From Antedon mediterranea (taxonomy: Eukaryota > Animalia > Echinodermata): 64,000 nt of DNA. The stretch is taken from assembly GCF_964355755.1 (NCBI RefSeq), contig NC_092671.1:6262001-6326000 (forward strand), in the 5' to 3' direction. The position numbers and the translations under genes are program-made. Shown here piece by piece: positions 1 to 21,500 of this stretch (positions are counted from its first letter, which is position 1; each line of letters starts with the position of its first letter). Below the pieces are notes generated by a model. It was not told the origin of the DNA. It searched no databases and worked only from the letters and a program-made list of their open reading frames with translations.

Positions 1-2009
1 ATCAGAATAGCATCATATAATAATCAAATATTATATAGGAAGATTATGCAAAAAAAGTACCCCCTTCCTAAAATATATATTATACATAAACTATATGATA
101 GACAATATTATAAATTTAGTACAGTATCGTGAATTCCTCATGTAATTGTAATGGTGTTTTACAGTGTTTTTTTTATCAATGTAAATGTTTTTTTTCCGTT
201 AAATGCACTGTTTTTGTTTGTTGAAATTTAATGCATAGACACATAGCTCTCAAGCACGCTTTTCTACGGCTTTGGGTGCAAAAGATAGAGCCAATTATTT
301 TAAAAGTACCAGTTTCTTAAGGATGCGCATTTCATTTATTAACAAATAACATCACATTTGTGTTTTAATTTTTAAAATATAACCATGTTATTATTCAATG
401 TATGTATGTATCTATGTTTGTTGATTTTTAGACATGGTATCGTAAATATGGGTTTCCATTTATGTTTTTTTATTGCAATTTTAGCGAGTTAAGATAATTT
501 TAGCTTTATTATAAAGGCAGTTAGTTTAGCCAGCTTTGTTAGATAGCACACTTCCTAAATTCAATTTGCACCTTTAATAAAATTAGTAATTTTAATTAGT
601 ATAACAAGTACCTCTATATATATAAATATATGTGCATGTCATTGGTCATTACATGTTATGTATTATGTATAAAACACTACTATGTCTATTGCGATTATAT
701 CACTGGGTGAATACACTACATTTGATCTCTCTAGAACGACCCCGCCTTCACCTTTCCAACCTTTAAATATTTGGGGTACCAAAACAAAAAAGAATTTGAT
801 ATTTAATTTGGACATGGGGATATTTTTCTTATTTAAGGAAATTAAATAATATATTATTTTTATGAGTTAAAATCAATTTTCCAACTTTATGATTATTACA
901 ATACCAGTGGATGAAGAGTTAGTTTCCAGTTTTAAATAACAATACTGTTAAAACAAATATTGTAGTAAATGTTTAATAAATTGTTTTGTCTGTTTGCCCT
1001 GTTTTGGGGTTATTATGTAGTTACTTGGTTGTGAGTTTTATGGGATTGTTATTTGTTAAATTACAAATTGATTGTTGATATTATGTCTTTAATGTAGTGT
1101 TTAAGTGTATAGTATGCTGTTGGCCACAGCCTCCGTTTCTTCTGTGTATTGCTCACTCACGCATAGTAAAAATACTTAGGTCATTTTATTCTTGATACGA
1201 ACCGTATACAATTAATATCGTTGTTTCAAAACTATTCACATCTTAAATTAACATCACCTTGAGGTCCATCAACGAATCACTCGGCAATTGTAAGAAACTT
1301 TTAACATTACACCATATGTACTCATTCATGTTATTAATAATATAACACAATGTGGCTATTTAAAGATATTTGCATTTATAAAAAAAAAAATGATTTTAAG
1401 CTGTTATGATAAAGTAATTCCTATTTGTACAAAGAAATAAAACCATTTATTTAATGAATATTCATTTTATTGCTTTTAAAGAAGGAAAATCAAACACTTG
1501 AATTTGTTGTTGAAACAGTTGATTTTATAAGAGGTCAGAGGTCAGTCTGTCCGATTGTTTTCTTTAATTAAACTAAATCTAAACAGGTTTTGAGATTTAG
1601 TGGTAAAATAAAACCACAACATTTTTTTGTTTAATGTAACTATTGTTTTTTTCATTCAGAAATCTTTTGTGTTCTATTCTGTGGCCAACACAATTTGTGA
1701 GTGTATTATACTCTGACGATTAAAGTTGCCTTGTCTGCACCGTTTATGTGTGTCTGAGTTTCTATGTTTGTCGCTGCTAAGTGTCCACGTTGCTTTGTTT
1801 GTCAAATGTTTTATGTCTCTTGTCCAGAAATGTACCCATTAATAAGTTGTCGTAATAAAAAATGGATTCATTTAGGTAATGTTTTGAATAAGATATTTTT
1901 TTATCTTCTAAAAACAAAAAGCAAAATCCTTCGAACAAAGTTACTACAGTACTAATTCTACATTGGATTTGAAATGGACCTATTGAATTGAAATATTTTA
2001 TTTATACTG

Positions 2010-2287
2010 GGCGACCACTTCAAAGACTGGTCTCCCAGAGGAACCAGTTATGATCAGTGGATGTGATGTAATAGTACAGCAGGGTAATCCCCTACTCGTC
2101 TCGAAAGATGTACTAGGTTCTTTAAAGTACACATGAGCTAGATGTGTACACTGGACCTACGGTTTATAGTTCTTATTCGAAAAGACTCGTTCTATTCTAC
2201 CACAAGAACCATGAAGCATGCAAGCCTTGAACCCTTGATGATGTTATGGCTACGTAATTATGGTCCCACTGTCTTAACCGCTCGGCC
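2010..2287 (-). mobile_element. tRNA-derived SINE with Deu/Nin-type core
   Basis: The minus strand starts GGCCGAGCGGTTAAGACAGTGG (box A), then GGTTCAAG (box B-like), then core ACTATAAACCGTAGGTCC...CTTTAAAGAACC. A second copy lies at ~54520. Confidence 0.6.
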
Positions 2288-3645
2288 CTTGCTCATAAGT
2301 ATAGTTGATATAGCATCCAATAGGATCTCTGCATTGAGATCAACAAATGGTTCAATGTTAGTGAAATTAGCATGTGCATTGTGGGAGACACGTTAACAGC
2401 CGCTAGAAAGGATGATTGCATTATCATTTTGTGGTTTGCAAAGAAAAAAAAGGACAAAGAAAATATTCAGTCACATATTTAATCAACCTTCATATAATAA
2501 AAAAAATCTTCCTTTGATGTTTGTCAACAAAAGAATTCAAAGACAACAAATCATTTACAATTTGTCATCAATAAAAGAACTTCATAACATCATATATTAT
2601 ACTAAATTAATTAATATTCCACTTTAAAAATAGACAAATATTTACACCCTTGTGGATAACTTAATCTATATATCACTAATTTGCACATCAAAAATAATTA
2701 CATATTTTCTTCAAAGTAAAGACTGCTTTTGGACAAGTACACAAAAACAAATACTTGTAGTACTAGTATCAACAACCTTTTTCTTAATTACGGACGGAAT
2801 TAATTATTTAAAACCAAAATAATGCCATTCACATCTTCGAGTAAACAAAAATAGATTTTATTGCGATCCAGATAATACAGTACAAACAAGTTTTGTGGAT
2901 TTCCAGATAATTTTTTTCTCATAGGTAAACGATACAGAAATCACAAATTATTCATTTTCTATATGAAAGAATTACAAAATAGCCGATGTACTAAATATAA
3001 CTTAACCCAACCTTCTAAATAATCTCTCACTATAAAGTGAAGTTTCTCATGAGATTCAACCTATGTGCATTCGACTACACAGATTACTCAATGGAATTCA
3101 TGTTTTGCTTACCTACACAAATTATATATTATCATCCAGATTCACATGCACAAGATCCCTATTTCTGGTTGGATGGAATACATTAACGTTGGAATGAAAA
3201 ACACAGATAGAAAAGGACGGAATATTGGGTTTGCATCCAGTATAAATGTTTATTCTTAGCATTCAGCACACGATCTAGGAACTGTCTACATTTTTGGTAT
3301 TAAGTATTTATACAGAAAAAAGCTATATTAGGAATGCAGTGCATATTTTGTGTACAGATCGATATTTTCACCCCAGTCATATAAGCGCCTGTCTGTTCAG
3401 AACACAGGCCCAGTATTAAGTACATGTTCATCATATGCACACAACGGGCAGTAATGGAAGAATGTTCAGAACCTCATCAAAAATGCTAACAAATTCTTGG
3501 ATGTGGATCTTTTCTCGGTCAATAATGCTATTCTATCCATTACAAATAAAATATATAATTGCAACTGGTACAAAACGACTCTCCAATTCGATAAACCTCT
3601 CGGAATGTTGGAACAACACCAGTACTGTCGTGTCTCCCGTATTCA

Positions 3646-10381
<6,736 letters not shown>

Positions 10382-11616
10382 ATTTTGTGTGTTTTGTCGT
10401 CATTGTGTTTACCACCTGAAAAACAAAACGAATAATGATCATTGAATTTATTTCACAGCTAGATTAGTATAGAATGAGTATCGAGAATATTTACACGCAT
10501 TATCTTTTATTGGCCTAATTTTTGTTCTGTTTTATAATGTTACTAAATAAGCAGACACTTGTGCTCATCACTTGAAGTATTTAAATGAGGTTTTTATCAT
10601 TATTATATTTGTCAATTAAAGAACCTTTGAACAAGTCTGACACAATATTGACAACGTGAATCAATAGCAGGGCATTGATCTCCCAAGCAGTAGGTACTCC
10701 ACACAGTAGTTACAGTTCTATTTGTGTGTGAAAACCTCTCTGTTAAGTTTATTGTACAGTAGCTGGAAACTGTTCAGCCTTGCAATCCTTAATTGTGAGA
10801 ATAGATATTAATAGTGATAATCTTTACTGGTATTTGTACAAGACTACTGTACTATTGTACTTACATAGTACAGTAGGTACAGTGTGGTATGGAAAAACAC
10901 ACATTTAGAGAATAAAAACTTTGTATTAACCCACATTATAAATATAATAACAGTTCCAAACCTCAAAGTTTTAGATACAATGTGGCAACCAGAATTCTGT
11001 CATAAGTTTGTTCATGAAGTTGTTACTGTATATGACTATGATTACCAGGGTATAATCACATATTTTAATCTGTACCAGTACACTTTTTTTTCTATTTCTA
11101 TGTTCTATCATAGAGAATAACTAATTTCTCCATGATTATATATAGTCACATTACAATAAAAATTAAAATAACTTGAGATAGATATGATAAAAAATTTGAT
11201 AATTTATGCATGCATGTTTCCCTTCCCTTTTGTCATTTTATTACATTGTACTTACTACTACACACCATAAAAAGGATGGGGTTGAAATACTGTATACATA
11301 GTTACAGCATGGTAACCAGACATTCGGTTTATGTACAGTAGGAGGATATTTAAATAACGTGAAACAGAATAAAATAAATAAAAGGACAGGGTCAATTACA
11401 GTGTCTTATGAACCGACCCATTTACTGTAGAATGAAGATATACTGTAAGAAAGACGAGATCGATTTCTAAAGTAAACTTCAATTCTGTGCATAGCGTCAT
11501 TGGATACCACGTTGCTCTAAAATTACTGACGCCACTGTGCAGTCGATGACTACTTTCAATTCAGAATCATAAAGCTGTAGAATCATACAGCACCAGTGTA
11601 TTGTTGAATACATTTA

Positions 11617-11746
11617 AGCTCTGTCTACACGGTCAAACTTTATGTGACAAAAATATGATGTGCACTGCCCATATATGGACATGATGATGTCATATCACTA
11701 CCATATTTGGGAACATCACACTTTTTTTGATTGTGTAGACAGAGCT
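11617..11746. mobile_element. MITE family A copy
   Basis: AGCTCTGTCTACAC...GTGTAGACAGAGCT with TTA on both flanks. Confidence 0.8.
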
Positions 11747-13139
11747 TTAGTTTCCCTTTCCCTATTAACAAAACCATGGACATTACAACTCGCCACTGCT
11801 TTAACTGTAATTTCCAAGTCAGCAGCTTTTTGAAGAATTCTATACAAAAGCTACAGACTGTTTTAAATGCCATTGCTTCAACTCTACTGTGAACAACGGT
11901 TAGTGCCACATTAATACAGTACTCTGTATTAATGAATACAAAGCTTAAGTTACAAATCATGTGTAATTTAGACAACTTAGTAATAGATTGGTCTACTTTT
12001 AAGCCATTATTCAACATTAGACAATACTTCTATTTATTGCTGTTTGTTTTGTTTAATATTCTTGTGGCTCTATCTACACTATTAAACTAGTTTGACCTCT
12101 TGGGAGAGCAGTCCTTGTATTGAAGAGCTATTCCAAGAAAGATTTGTATTGTGTTCATATTCATGTCAGGCCATTTGAATATTTTCTTGTTCTCCAACAA
12201 TTGACATTCAATAAATGTACCACATGAGTTTTTAACACAAATGTATTAAATAAGAACTAAATAACACCGTGTAGGATTATTACACAAATAAATTTACACC
12301 CAATAATTGGCACCCTGTGGTTAGATTTTCACTTATAAATCATAAAATAATAACAGCACCATGGGTAGTCTTTTGATATGCGGAAACGTTCATATTCGGT
12401 TTAAACTTGCTAAAGAGTAAATCAAATTAAAATCTAGCCACTTGTTGTTGGTGAGATAGGTCAGGTATCAAATAACAGCCTAAACCATATGCGTGCTACT
12501 ATCCTCTAACGAAGAACTCCTCGCTCTTAACAGTGAGTTTATGGATCGTAAAAAAAGAACTTGATGGTTAAATACACCTGTTCTATCTCAAAACTATGAT
12601 GCAAAAATACTGGTAGGTACAGTAGTAATCTACAGTATGCTGTATAGTACTCTACAGAGACATATTTTGATGAAGCAGTTTAAACAGGGAGTTGTTACAA
12701 AGTTCTCCCTGGTTTGAAGTCCTCCTTGTTTGCAAGTCTAAATATTTGATTAAATACTAATAGAATGGTTAATAGCTAATTAAAGTAAAATTAAACCTTC
12801 AGTTTTGACCAACTGGGAATGGATCTTTGCTATGTCCGTGTTTTATGACAGAAGTTATTGTAGACAAATGTACATTTGATACAAAAACAATACACTGGAC
12901 TGTTGGGCACCTGGATGTTACAACAGCGATGTACTGTAATGTCTCCTAACATAGAGATATTATATAATATCTCTATGTGCTCCTAATCACATTGATAGTC
13001 AGAAGTTTAATACTGGCCACAGGGTTGGCGCCAAAATGGTTAGTATGTGATTCACATAGTATTGCTGTAATGTTAGATTCTGGTACACTACCTGTACATC
13101 AATTGGAAAATAAAACGCACCAAATTTAATTACGAATGA

Positions 13140-13720
13140 GAGTACGTTTATTGTAAATACATATAAAAATAACGCTTAAAAGAGAACGACGTTTTGACTC
13201 CATCATGGGGTCCAATGAATAAAATATAAAACAACTAATTAAGTAGCACAAGCCAAGGGTCAAAGTTTAAATAACAAAAGACCTATTGTCTAACATCCTG
13301 TCAAATGAAAAGCTTAGCTTTTACAGAGTCACTTTGTTTATTCAGACTAGGTTTTAATTGTCTGATACAACATTTCATAGATAAGACAGTCAAATTTGTT
13401 TTTGCATTTCCTAAATATACTAAAACATGAATTAATTTTATTTGGATTAACAATCACGTTTAATCAAATTTAATGTTACAGATAATGTCATAATGTTGTG
13501 GTCTAACTATTTTGGTGGTATTTCAGAGGTCTTAAATCCTGGATTTAGTTAAGGATTTTTTTTTATGGGAAGTCTGTGTTTCCAATAATTTTGCTGTGTA
13601 TTTTGTCTTTTCTTACCTTGTGGGGTAAAATAGTGTTACATTACAAATATAGACATTTGAATTCCATATCCCATATAATTAGTATTTGATGGCATTGCCA
13701 ATAGCTGTTTGAAAACAACT
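13140..13720 (-). mobile_element. Decayed Penelope-like retroelement, 3' fragment (GIY-YIG C-terminus)
   Basis: Minus strand ~13430-13300 translates with frameshifts to FSIFRKCKNKFDCLIYEML..IRQLKPSLN..QSDSVKAKLFI, matching the C-terminal pattern of Penelope GIY-YIG endonucleases. Element boundaries are approximate. Confidence 0.6.
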
Positions 13721-14799
13721 AAATATATCAGCCTTTTCTGAGCAGAAAAATGTGACCCCCAAACACAAAAGACCATTTATTGATTAAAAAAGCCTCATCT
13801 ATTCTTTATTTAAGAAGTCTAAAGGCCAAAGGTTACTTGAAATGCTGTGTCTTTAGTTGTTAGTTTGAGGAAGGCTAACTAAAGTGATCAAGAAATACAA
13901 TAAAATGAAACAAATTATCCTGCAGTATGCTTGTCGTAATAATGAAAAATACTAATGTTTATTTTTCTGCAGTTACTGCAGTATTTAATCTTTCTCAATT
14001 GTTCATTTAATAGCTTCATATCAGCTGTTGCTGGATTTTTTAATCCCTTGGATGTATTTAATCTTTCACATAAAAAAAATTAGAAACGGGATCAAATCAA
14101 CCTGTCGCGAGTTTGAATATGACTTCCGTAATGATTATTTCATGGACATTAAATTCTAACATTACTTATAAACATTGCTGGTGTAAGTCGGTATCACCAA
14201 GGTAACATGAAAACAAAGTTTTAATGTTGACATTTACAACAGTGAGAATTTGAAAGCATATTTTTTTTATTCAAAGTAAATAGAAATGACACTACGGTTG
14301 ACAAATGTTACCTCCTCAAGCTATGTATAGGCATTCAATCTTTCTTGATCTGCAGAGGGAAGTACTGTGGTTGTGTGGGGTGTAATTTTGTCCAGCCTAA
14401 ATTTCAATCATCACTTAAATTTATAATCTACTGTACAGTACATTAAGCCTCTTGGAAACCCCCCAAACCAAAGGTAAGCTAGGCACGAAATAGAATTTAA
14501 CGCACAACATAAGTAGAAAAAAAATATTATGATGAATATGATGACGCTCAATAACCATTCATTTTTATGACCATACTTTACCACAACAAAAAAAGCATCA
14601 CTCTAGCCTAGTCTAAAACGGAATGTTATTTTTGAGTCAAAAAACAAAAAAACTTCTTGTAGAGTGTAATAACAAAAAATTTATGAATTTAGATTTTATT
14701 TTAGGCATTCATTCATAACCGGCTGAAATTATCTGATAATATCGGGGTACAGTACAGTATTACTAAGTTCTATTAACATCACATTACTGCCACACTACT

Positions 14800-15260
14800 G
14801 TACTGTAGGCCTACCGACCCAACTAAATCTAAAAAGTCGGTTGCATGTTTTCCCGTGAACTCACCACCAGGTAGCAGATCGATCAATGACGAGAACACAC
14901 ACATCCGGCTAGCCTAAGCCTAGCCTTGCCTGCTACAACTCTTCTTCATACAGGTGGTTTGCTACTTGAAAACTGACTTGAATATGTTCATTTAAATAGA
15001 AAAATTATGAATAGAATTCTTGAATGGAAAAACAAAGATGGTTACTTACAGATATGTTTGGAATTTAAACGGATTTCAGTATTGTTGACAATCAGTTCTT
15101 GTGTGTGTTTACTAACTTCGATCAATCCATCGTTTACGCTTGCTAGGCAGCGACTTACAATGCGCAAATTCATTTGCGCACAGACGTGTTAACGAATGAT
15201 TGTACGGTATTCGATTGTATTTTAAAGGAAAAGACAATTGAATATGGAACGCCGTTACTG
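14800..15260 (-). promoter_or_regulatory. Putative STK33 promoter and non-coding first exon
   Basis: Locally CpG-richer; minus-strand GTAAGT donor at 15049; paired TGCGCA palindrome at 15161-15180. The first coding exon has an acceptor at 10416-10417, which requires an upstream exon. Confidence 0.4.
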
Positions 15261-15923
15261 CCTTCTGCCTTAATTAAAATTCAGATTCAGTTTATTCAGA
15301 CTTTATATAGCAAAACAAAAGTAAATTAACAAATCTACTGTACAGGATGAACCAAATGAAAAGCTGCAAAGTAACTATCAACAGTTATTCATTTACTGGG
15401 AGTACGGGATGAAAGACATTAGAGATAAACGGGCTTTCTTCATTACTTCTTAACCAATTAAATTCACTAAGATGAGGGTGATCATGTTTAAGAACAATGA
15501 TATAACTTTTTCTAAAATTGTCTGTTATCAATCGATGTCTTCGTCCATGATAGGACATGCCTTATAGTATAAATTAGACTTTGGAGTTTACATAAATCGG
15601 ATGATTGTACTATATAGAATAAAACTGCACTTACTATCACAGGTGATAGAATAAATTCATAATTCCAATTTATTTTATAATTCATTCATTCATTCATTCA
15701 ATCTTTTATTTCGGAAACTCTGGTCCGTAGAAAGTAAATTACATATAAATGAAATAAATAAAATCAACAAAATTACTACTACTCATCTCAGGATGGCATT
15801 CCATCTGGAGAGCATCTTCGACTTAACTAAGACATTGCTTATAATCGTTGAGATTAAAATATTTTAATACATCCTCTTCCAAGTTTAGTTTGTCATCGAT
15901 CATCATTCTATACTTATAGTTAA

Positions 15924-16258
15924 AGATGTATTGTCCCCCTGAAAATATAATTCTTAACAAAATCTTTATTGAAAATGCCATTTTAATGTCACAATAGTTA
16001 TCCACTTTGACCAAAAATTGGATCGAAAAAAAATGTTTACCTGAAAAACTGTAATTTAAAGCAAAAAAATGGTCTAATTGGCCGCCAGTGAGTTTGTGGT
16101 TGAATTTAACCATTTGTTTTGTCAATTTATAAGTGAAAACATTATTTTTAATTTTTTTTTTATGGAAGTGATTAACTTTATTAAAACTACAAAATAACAT
16201 ATTCAAAGTCTGATTTAATTAATCTTCATTTTTCATGTTTTTGAGGGACAGTACATCT
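15924..16258. mobile_element. TTAA-flanked MITE family B (Kolobok-like)
   Basis: TTAA|AGATGTATTGTCCC ... GGGACAGTACATCT|TTAA; homologous copies at 17386 and 58120. Confidence 0.75.
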
Positions 16259-16439
16259 TTAAGTAATCTTTAAGACTAAAGAACTCCATGCTTGACACAA
16301 TTTTCTCGGACAAACTTGAGGCAAGGATCAAGTTTTGTAAGAAAACTTTAAATTGATCGAACTCTTTCACATGATACGCCATACGTTAATATTCAAGAAG
16401 TGAGGGAGGGGTAGGAGGGTTGCTATTCGAACTTTTTTG

Positions 16440-16950
16440 ATATTAAATTTAGAGAGGGCGCTATCTATATTTATTCGCTGCCTGACTGATGATTTATTTT
16501 TGATGATTGCGTAGTAATGTGATGAGTGTAAACGAAAGCAGAGCCAAACCAGTGTATTTAAATCAAGATTTTAAGAATTACTTTACTTGTAAGTTAGATA
16601 ATGCAATATTTTATAAGCTTTGTTATATCCGAAAAATGTCTAGAATCAGGATCAGGAAACATGTGTAATATTACAGCTGTAGAAAGATTCTCTCTGCCGC
16701 CGGTAGCTTGATGATGGATCGGATGGCCGGACGGAAAGAAAGAACCAGGCCAGCCAGCAGCCTAGCTCGGACCAATGCCCTGGTGACTGGTATGCGTGGT
16801 ATTGTTTGTAGTGGTTACGCCTATTTTTTTCCCATCATATCTCCGGAGAACTGTAATAAATAGTAGGCCTAACTAGGTTGGCCCTCAACATGCAGGTCTA
16901 GCTATGATAGGATGAATTTGTAATATTGTGACCTGCCCAGACTTGTCCAA
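16440..16950 (+). promoter_or_regulatory. Putative promoter and 5' non-coding exon of the BCL-G/BID-like gene, divergent from STK33
   Basis: GC/CpG-richer patch; AGAGGGCGCTA at 16453; possible donor CTG|GTATGC near 16790; p53-like element at 16929-16948. Confidence 0.35.
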
Positions 16951-17385
16951 TGTTTTTAACTTACCTACTCAATGTTTTGACACAATTATTTATACTACTA
17001 GCTCCTAGCTAGGGCTTAAATGATATTAATTATTGTAATTAAGACATAAGACACACAGGAGGTGATTGGCTACTTTTTCTTTCGTTTGTAAACATAAGTC
17101 TCTGAGATTTTACAGGATTCTTCGGAAAAACCAATATAATTATTTTAAAAAGTATGTGGCCTATTTTCTTAGAAATTAGGCCAATGTTTTTAAATCTTTT
17201 TGTATATCGCCCCCTATAAGTATAATGAAATATAGATTCATTGCGTTAAGTGGAGAGCGCACTCAGCTGAGTCGGGTGATTTTTTTCATAATGCTTGGCA
17301 AAGTTAAAACGTTTTAGATAAACTTTTTTTTTTCAATTTGAAATTAATAATATTAATAATGTCATCTTCCAACTGATTTTATTAA

Positions 17386-17692
17386 AGATATATTTATTAT
17401 TGTCCCCCTAAAAATATATATTTTTTTAATGTTTTGTTGAATAGGCTTATGCCATTTTAATGTCGCGTAATACTGTAGTTATTCACTTTTACAAAAAAGA
17501 AAATGATTTACCTGAAAAAATGTAATTTAAAGCAAAAAATACTTATATTGTCTGTCACAGTGGTTTTTGGTTAAACCGTTTTGTTTGTCTTTTTATGAGT
17601 GAAATAAATTTCTTTTTGTTTTTTTTTTACAGAAGCGAAAAACTATTTAAAGTCTGATTTTATTAATAATGTTTTTGGGAGACAATACATCT
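17386..17692. mobile_element. MITE family B copy (Kolobok-like)
   Basis: TTAA|AGATATATT...GGGAGACAATACATCT|TTAA, with internal homology to the 15924 copy. Confidence 0.7.
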
Positions 17693-18407
17693 TTAAATTA
17701 TATTTAAAAAAACCTAAAATAAAGAGATACATACTGGATGACACTTGTGACATCACAGTTGTGACATCACAGTTGGATGACTCATTCTTATAAACAATTA
17801 TCTAAAATAGGGGATTCCCCATTGTTTACATCATTATTCAATAATCAATTAGACTTTGGTACTATCCTTGTCACGTTTCACCTGTATTGTATTATTAATA
17901 AAAGTCCCTTATGAATATCAAGTTAATCTTTTATTATCTGAAAGTCATACAACTGGAAAACTACTGTATTAATGTATTGTATGTGTAGCATTGGATTGTT
18001 TCAATTTGTGTAATTTTGCAATCAAAACTAAAATATTCCTTTAAAATGGTTAAAAGAATTGATTTGCTATGTAACTTTTAATTAGTAGGCCTAACTAACC
18101 ATGTGCAGGAACACTAGACTATTATTAGTATACTCATTTGTACATCCTATGGTGAAAAAAACCGTTGTTGTGGTCACCTTTACCCACAGTGCCCTTGCGT
18201 GACCTATCGTTGGTCTTTTGATGTCTGTTTGTCGACGCACCTGATTGTAAAACAACCAAGAATCAATTATTTAAGTTTTTTTTTTTTTTTACTTTATTGT
18301 ATGCGTCAATTGTGAAATAAGCTCTGTGTTGTTCAGTGAGTCAAGATGTGTTGTAATTAAAGTATAGCAGCACGACATTAGCTTTGTTTGTAAGTTTAAT
18401 ATTGTAA

Positions 18408-18569
18408 AGCTCTGTCTACATATATCAAATTTTATATGACAAAAAAATGTGTTGTGCCCATATATGGACATGATGATGTCATATCACTACCATATTAAGG
18501 CATATTGCTACCATATTTAGGCACATCACACTTTTTTTGTAAAACTAGTTTGATAGTGTAGACAGAGCT
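18408..18569. mobile_element. MITE family A copy
   Basis: TIRs as in the 8053 copy; TAA TSD. Confidence 0.85.
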
Positions 18570-21500
18570 TAAGATTATAATACAGTAGTTTTATTCTAAT
18601 TGTGTGTAGGTTTTAAAATGATGCAATGGTCAAACATTGGCTTTGATTGAAATCTACTGTACTGTACAGTATAATTATACTAAAAGTCACTAACAAATTA
18701 ATACAAATTAGAATAAATTTAATAACATTTTGTTCAAATCCAACAGTATCCATATATAGATATTATTATTATCTATCTGTTTTGATAAACTGATAATTTT
18801 CACTTTACTTTACTTATTTTTTATATTAAAAAAAGCACCACATTCTTTTCTAGAAATGGGACTTTTTTCTTCTTAGTTATTAAGCCATTTGTGCATAATT
18901 ACTACTGTGCAGTATATTAGATGACAAATAATGACAAGGATAAGAGTTACCTATTGTGTAAACAAAAGAAAGTAATTTATGCAGGATCTTTGATACAAGT
19001 AAAAATCAAAACGTCAAATAACATTTGGCAAATAATACATAGTACATTTAGTATGTAACTTGAAACTGATATAATATCATTTAATTGTCAAGGTAGACAT
19101 TTAATATGAATTATTCTAAATTGTAAATATCATTACCAATAACAAAAGAGTAACAGTGTGGATAACGTTCCATTTAGGAGACACAAGTCTATGCTGTTAT
19201 TGACGAGTTAAATGATTGTCAAATTACTATTGAATGTTCAAACATTAAGTCGCGCTTAATTAATATTGTCTTGTATCATGATCTAACAGTTGCAATAAAG
19301 ACGCCGACGTCCTCCACCAGTGTGAACACCTAATGGCAACAAATCTTGTGTAACCAACATCATCTCATCTGAACTCCAGTCACAGTTCATTGTACTTCTG
19401 TGTGTGTGTGTACAGTTTCCATAGCGACAGAATCAATGTTTGATAGGACAATGACTTGAACTTCATCTGACTGGTTTTTCACGTTTACATCTCTCAAGGA
19501 CTGTAAGTACTGAAACCCCACTAATTAACATTAATTAATTCTTGGAATTTACTAGCCATAATGTCATATTAATGACAACAAAAGTTCATTATGTTTGTGC
19601 ATTAATTGCTAAATCTGTACTTAGGTAAAGTTTATTATGGAAAGTGTTATGAACTTGTGATCACACTACCTATAACCTATTGATTAATAGTAGTTTAATA
19701 TGATTACCATATCAATTTAATTGTGAAAATTGTGTATTTTGTAATTGCTGGAGTGATAGAATCACGTTTTCAAGATTTCCACAACAATGTGTACAGTAGT
19801 TGACGTACAATCTTATATCCTGTTTCTGTTGATCACATCCTTTAAAATTTAACTTTTTTCTTGTTTTTTCCTTGGGATTTTACCACAGGAAAAAGTTTAT
19901 ATTAAAAACATTGTCACTATTACCATTATTTTACTATAACAGGAAATAGTTTTATTTTTATGCAAATTAAAGGAATATTTCTAGTTTTTTTCTAGAGATT
20001 TTTTCTATAGGAATGTTTATAATAAAAGTTTATATTTAAGAAATTACAAAATAATTTATTTTGAAATGACATTTTCACTATTACTAATAGGAAATAGTTT
20101 TATTTTTATGCAAAATAATAAGGAATGTCCAATTCAATAAATTTAGTATTCCCGACACAGGAACAGGAAAGCAATTATTTAATACTCAAGTTTATGAATT
20201 GATCATTTTATACAGTGTTCTTCAAAAATCCTTTTTTTTTTAATGTACTTTACTGTAGGTGAAGGTACTGTAGAATTACTAGTGAATCAGATTATTTTTT
20301 TCTTTTAGGTATAGAGTGTCTATAGTATAATGAGACAGGACTTAGCCTAAACTGTAATTGTTGACACAAAATTGGGGAAACTCCCTTGTTACATTACCTG
20401 TTGTGTACTGTATATACACAAATTGCTAATATTAAAGGCATGCTTAAGTATTACTTATTAGAAGATTGATTTTAAATTGCGTCACAGACAATAGTCGGCT
20501 TATCACACGATTTCATTGTTCAATGTTTACTTTCTGACTATCCTATCGTTATAACAATTTTGTGATTTGAACTTCTACCATACTAAATGCTGTTTATTTT
20601 GATTACTTACTTTCTGTTATCGGTTGCCATACCAATAATTGAAACATTGCATGACAATGAAACATGAATATTGTAATAAAATCAATTATTCATGTTTTAA
20701 AATTGAAAAATGGATTAACAAAAATTAATTTCCTGTTCTTTACGGCACATTAAAATTATTTTTTAACCGGCTAAGTACAAAAAAATCCGTCCAGAAAAAG
20801 CGTCATATCTGAAGATGAGAGGCGTAACTGATAACAATTGACACTATTCTGTCTCTTTGGATTTTGTTTGTTAATTTTTACATTGTTTGATTATTTGGTA
20901 ATTACATTTTCTACTTCCTGCTATTACTGTAAATTTGTTTGAATGGTTATAAATGTTATGCACTGTGGGTTTTTTTATTGGAAAATATTAAAGTGATATT
21001 AGTTTCAAGGTCGAATGACCGGAAACAGGACATACATACAATGAAGTCGCAACTATATCTGACATTCAGGATCAAGAGCATATTAGCAGGATCTTTCCAG
21101 TTGCATTGTTCACATATTTGCATGGTCCTCTTAGTCTGTATACTGTATGTCACGTTTGTATGTTGTTATGTCATCAAATACGCAGAAACAAAGTACATAC
21201 CAGGGACTATATGTTTTATTACACGTTTTACTTCTTAACTATGAGGCAATGTAACACAGGGACGTTTGACGCAACGTATCACAGGGACGTATTGACGCAA
21301 CATATCATAGGCACATATTGACGCAAAGTTCTCTATTGCATAATCACAAGTGGGAACCGAAAATGCAATACTGATCATGCAAACATCGCAGGTTTGATTT
21401 TACGCTGGTGGAGGCAAACACAATCATTTGAAGGGCATTTTCTTACGTTGCGTTATGTTGCGTCGCTAGTAGGAACCAAGCTTTAGGTTTCTGTATAATT

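Noticed and set aside
2225-2287. tRNA gene
   Set aside because: No complete cloverleaf; the A/B boxes continue into a SINE body.
11640-12017. 125-aa ORF (also 15823-16206 and 58306-58611)
   Set aside because: These overlap MITE sequence and show no recognisable domain or exon structure.
15280-15900. LINE 3' fragments with (TGAA)n tails (similar at ~56036-56320)
   Set aside because: Plausible, but too decayed to assign a family or boundaries from reading alone.
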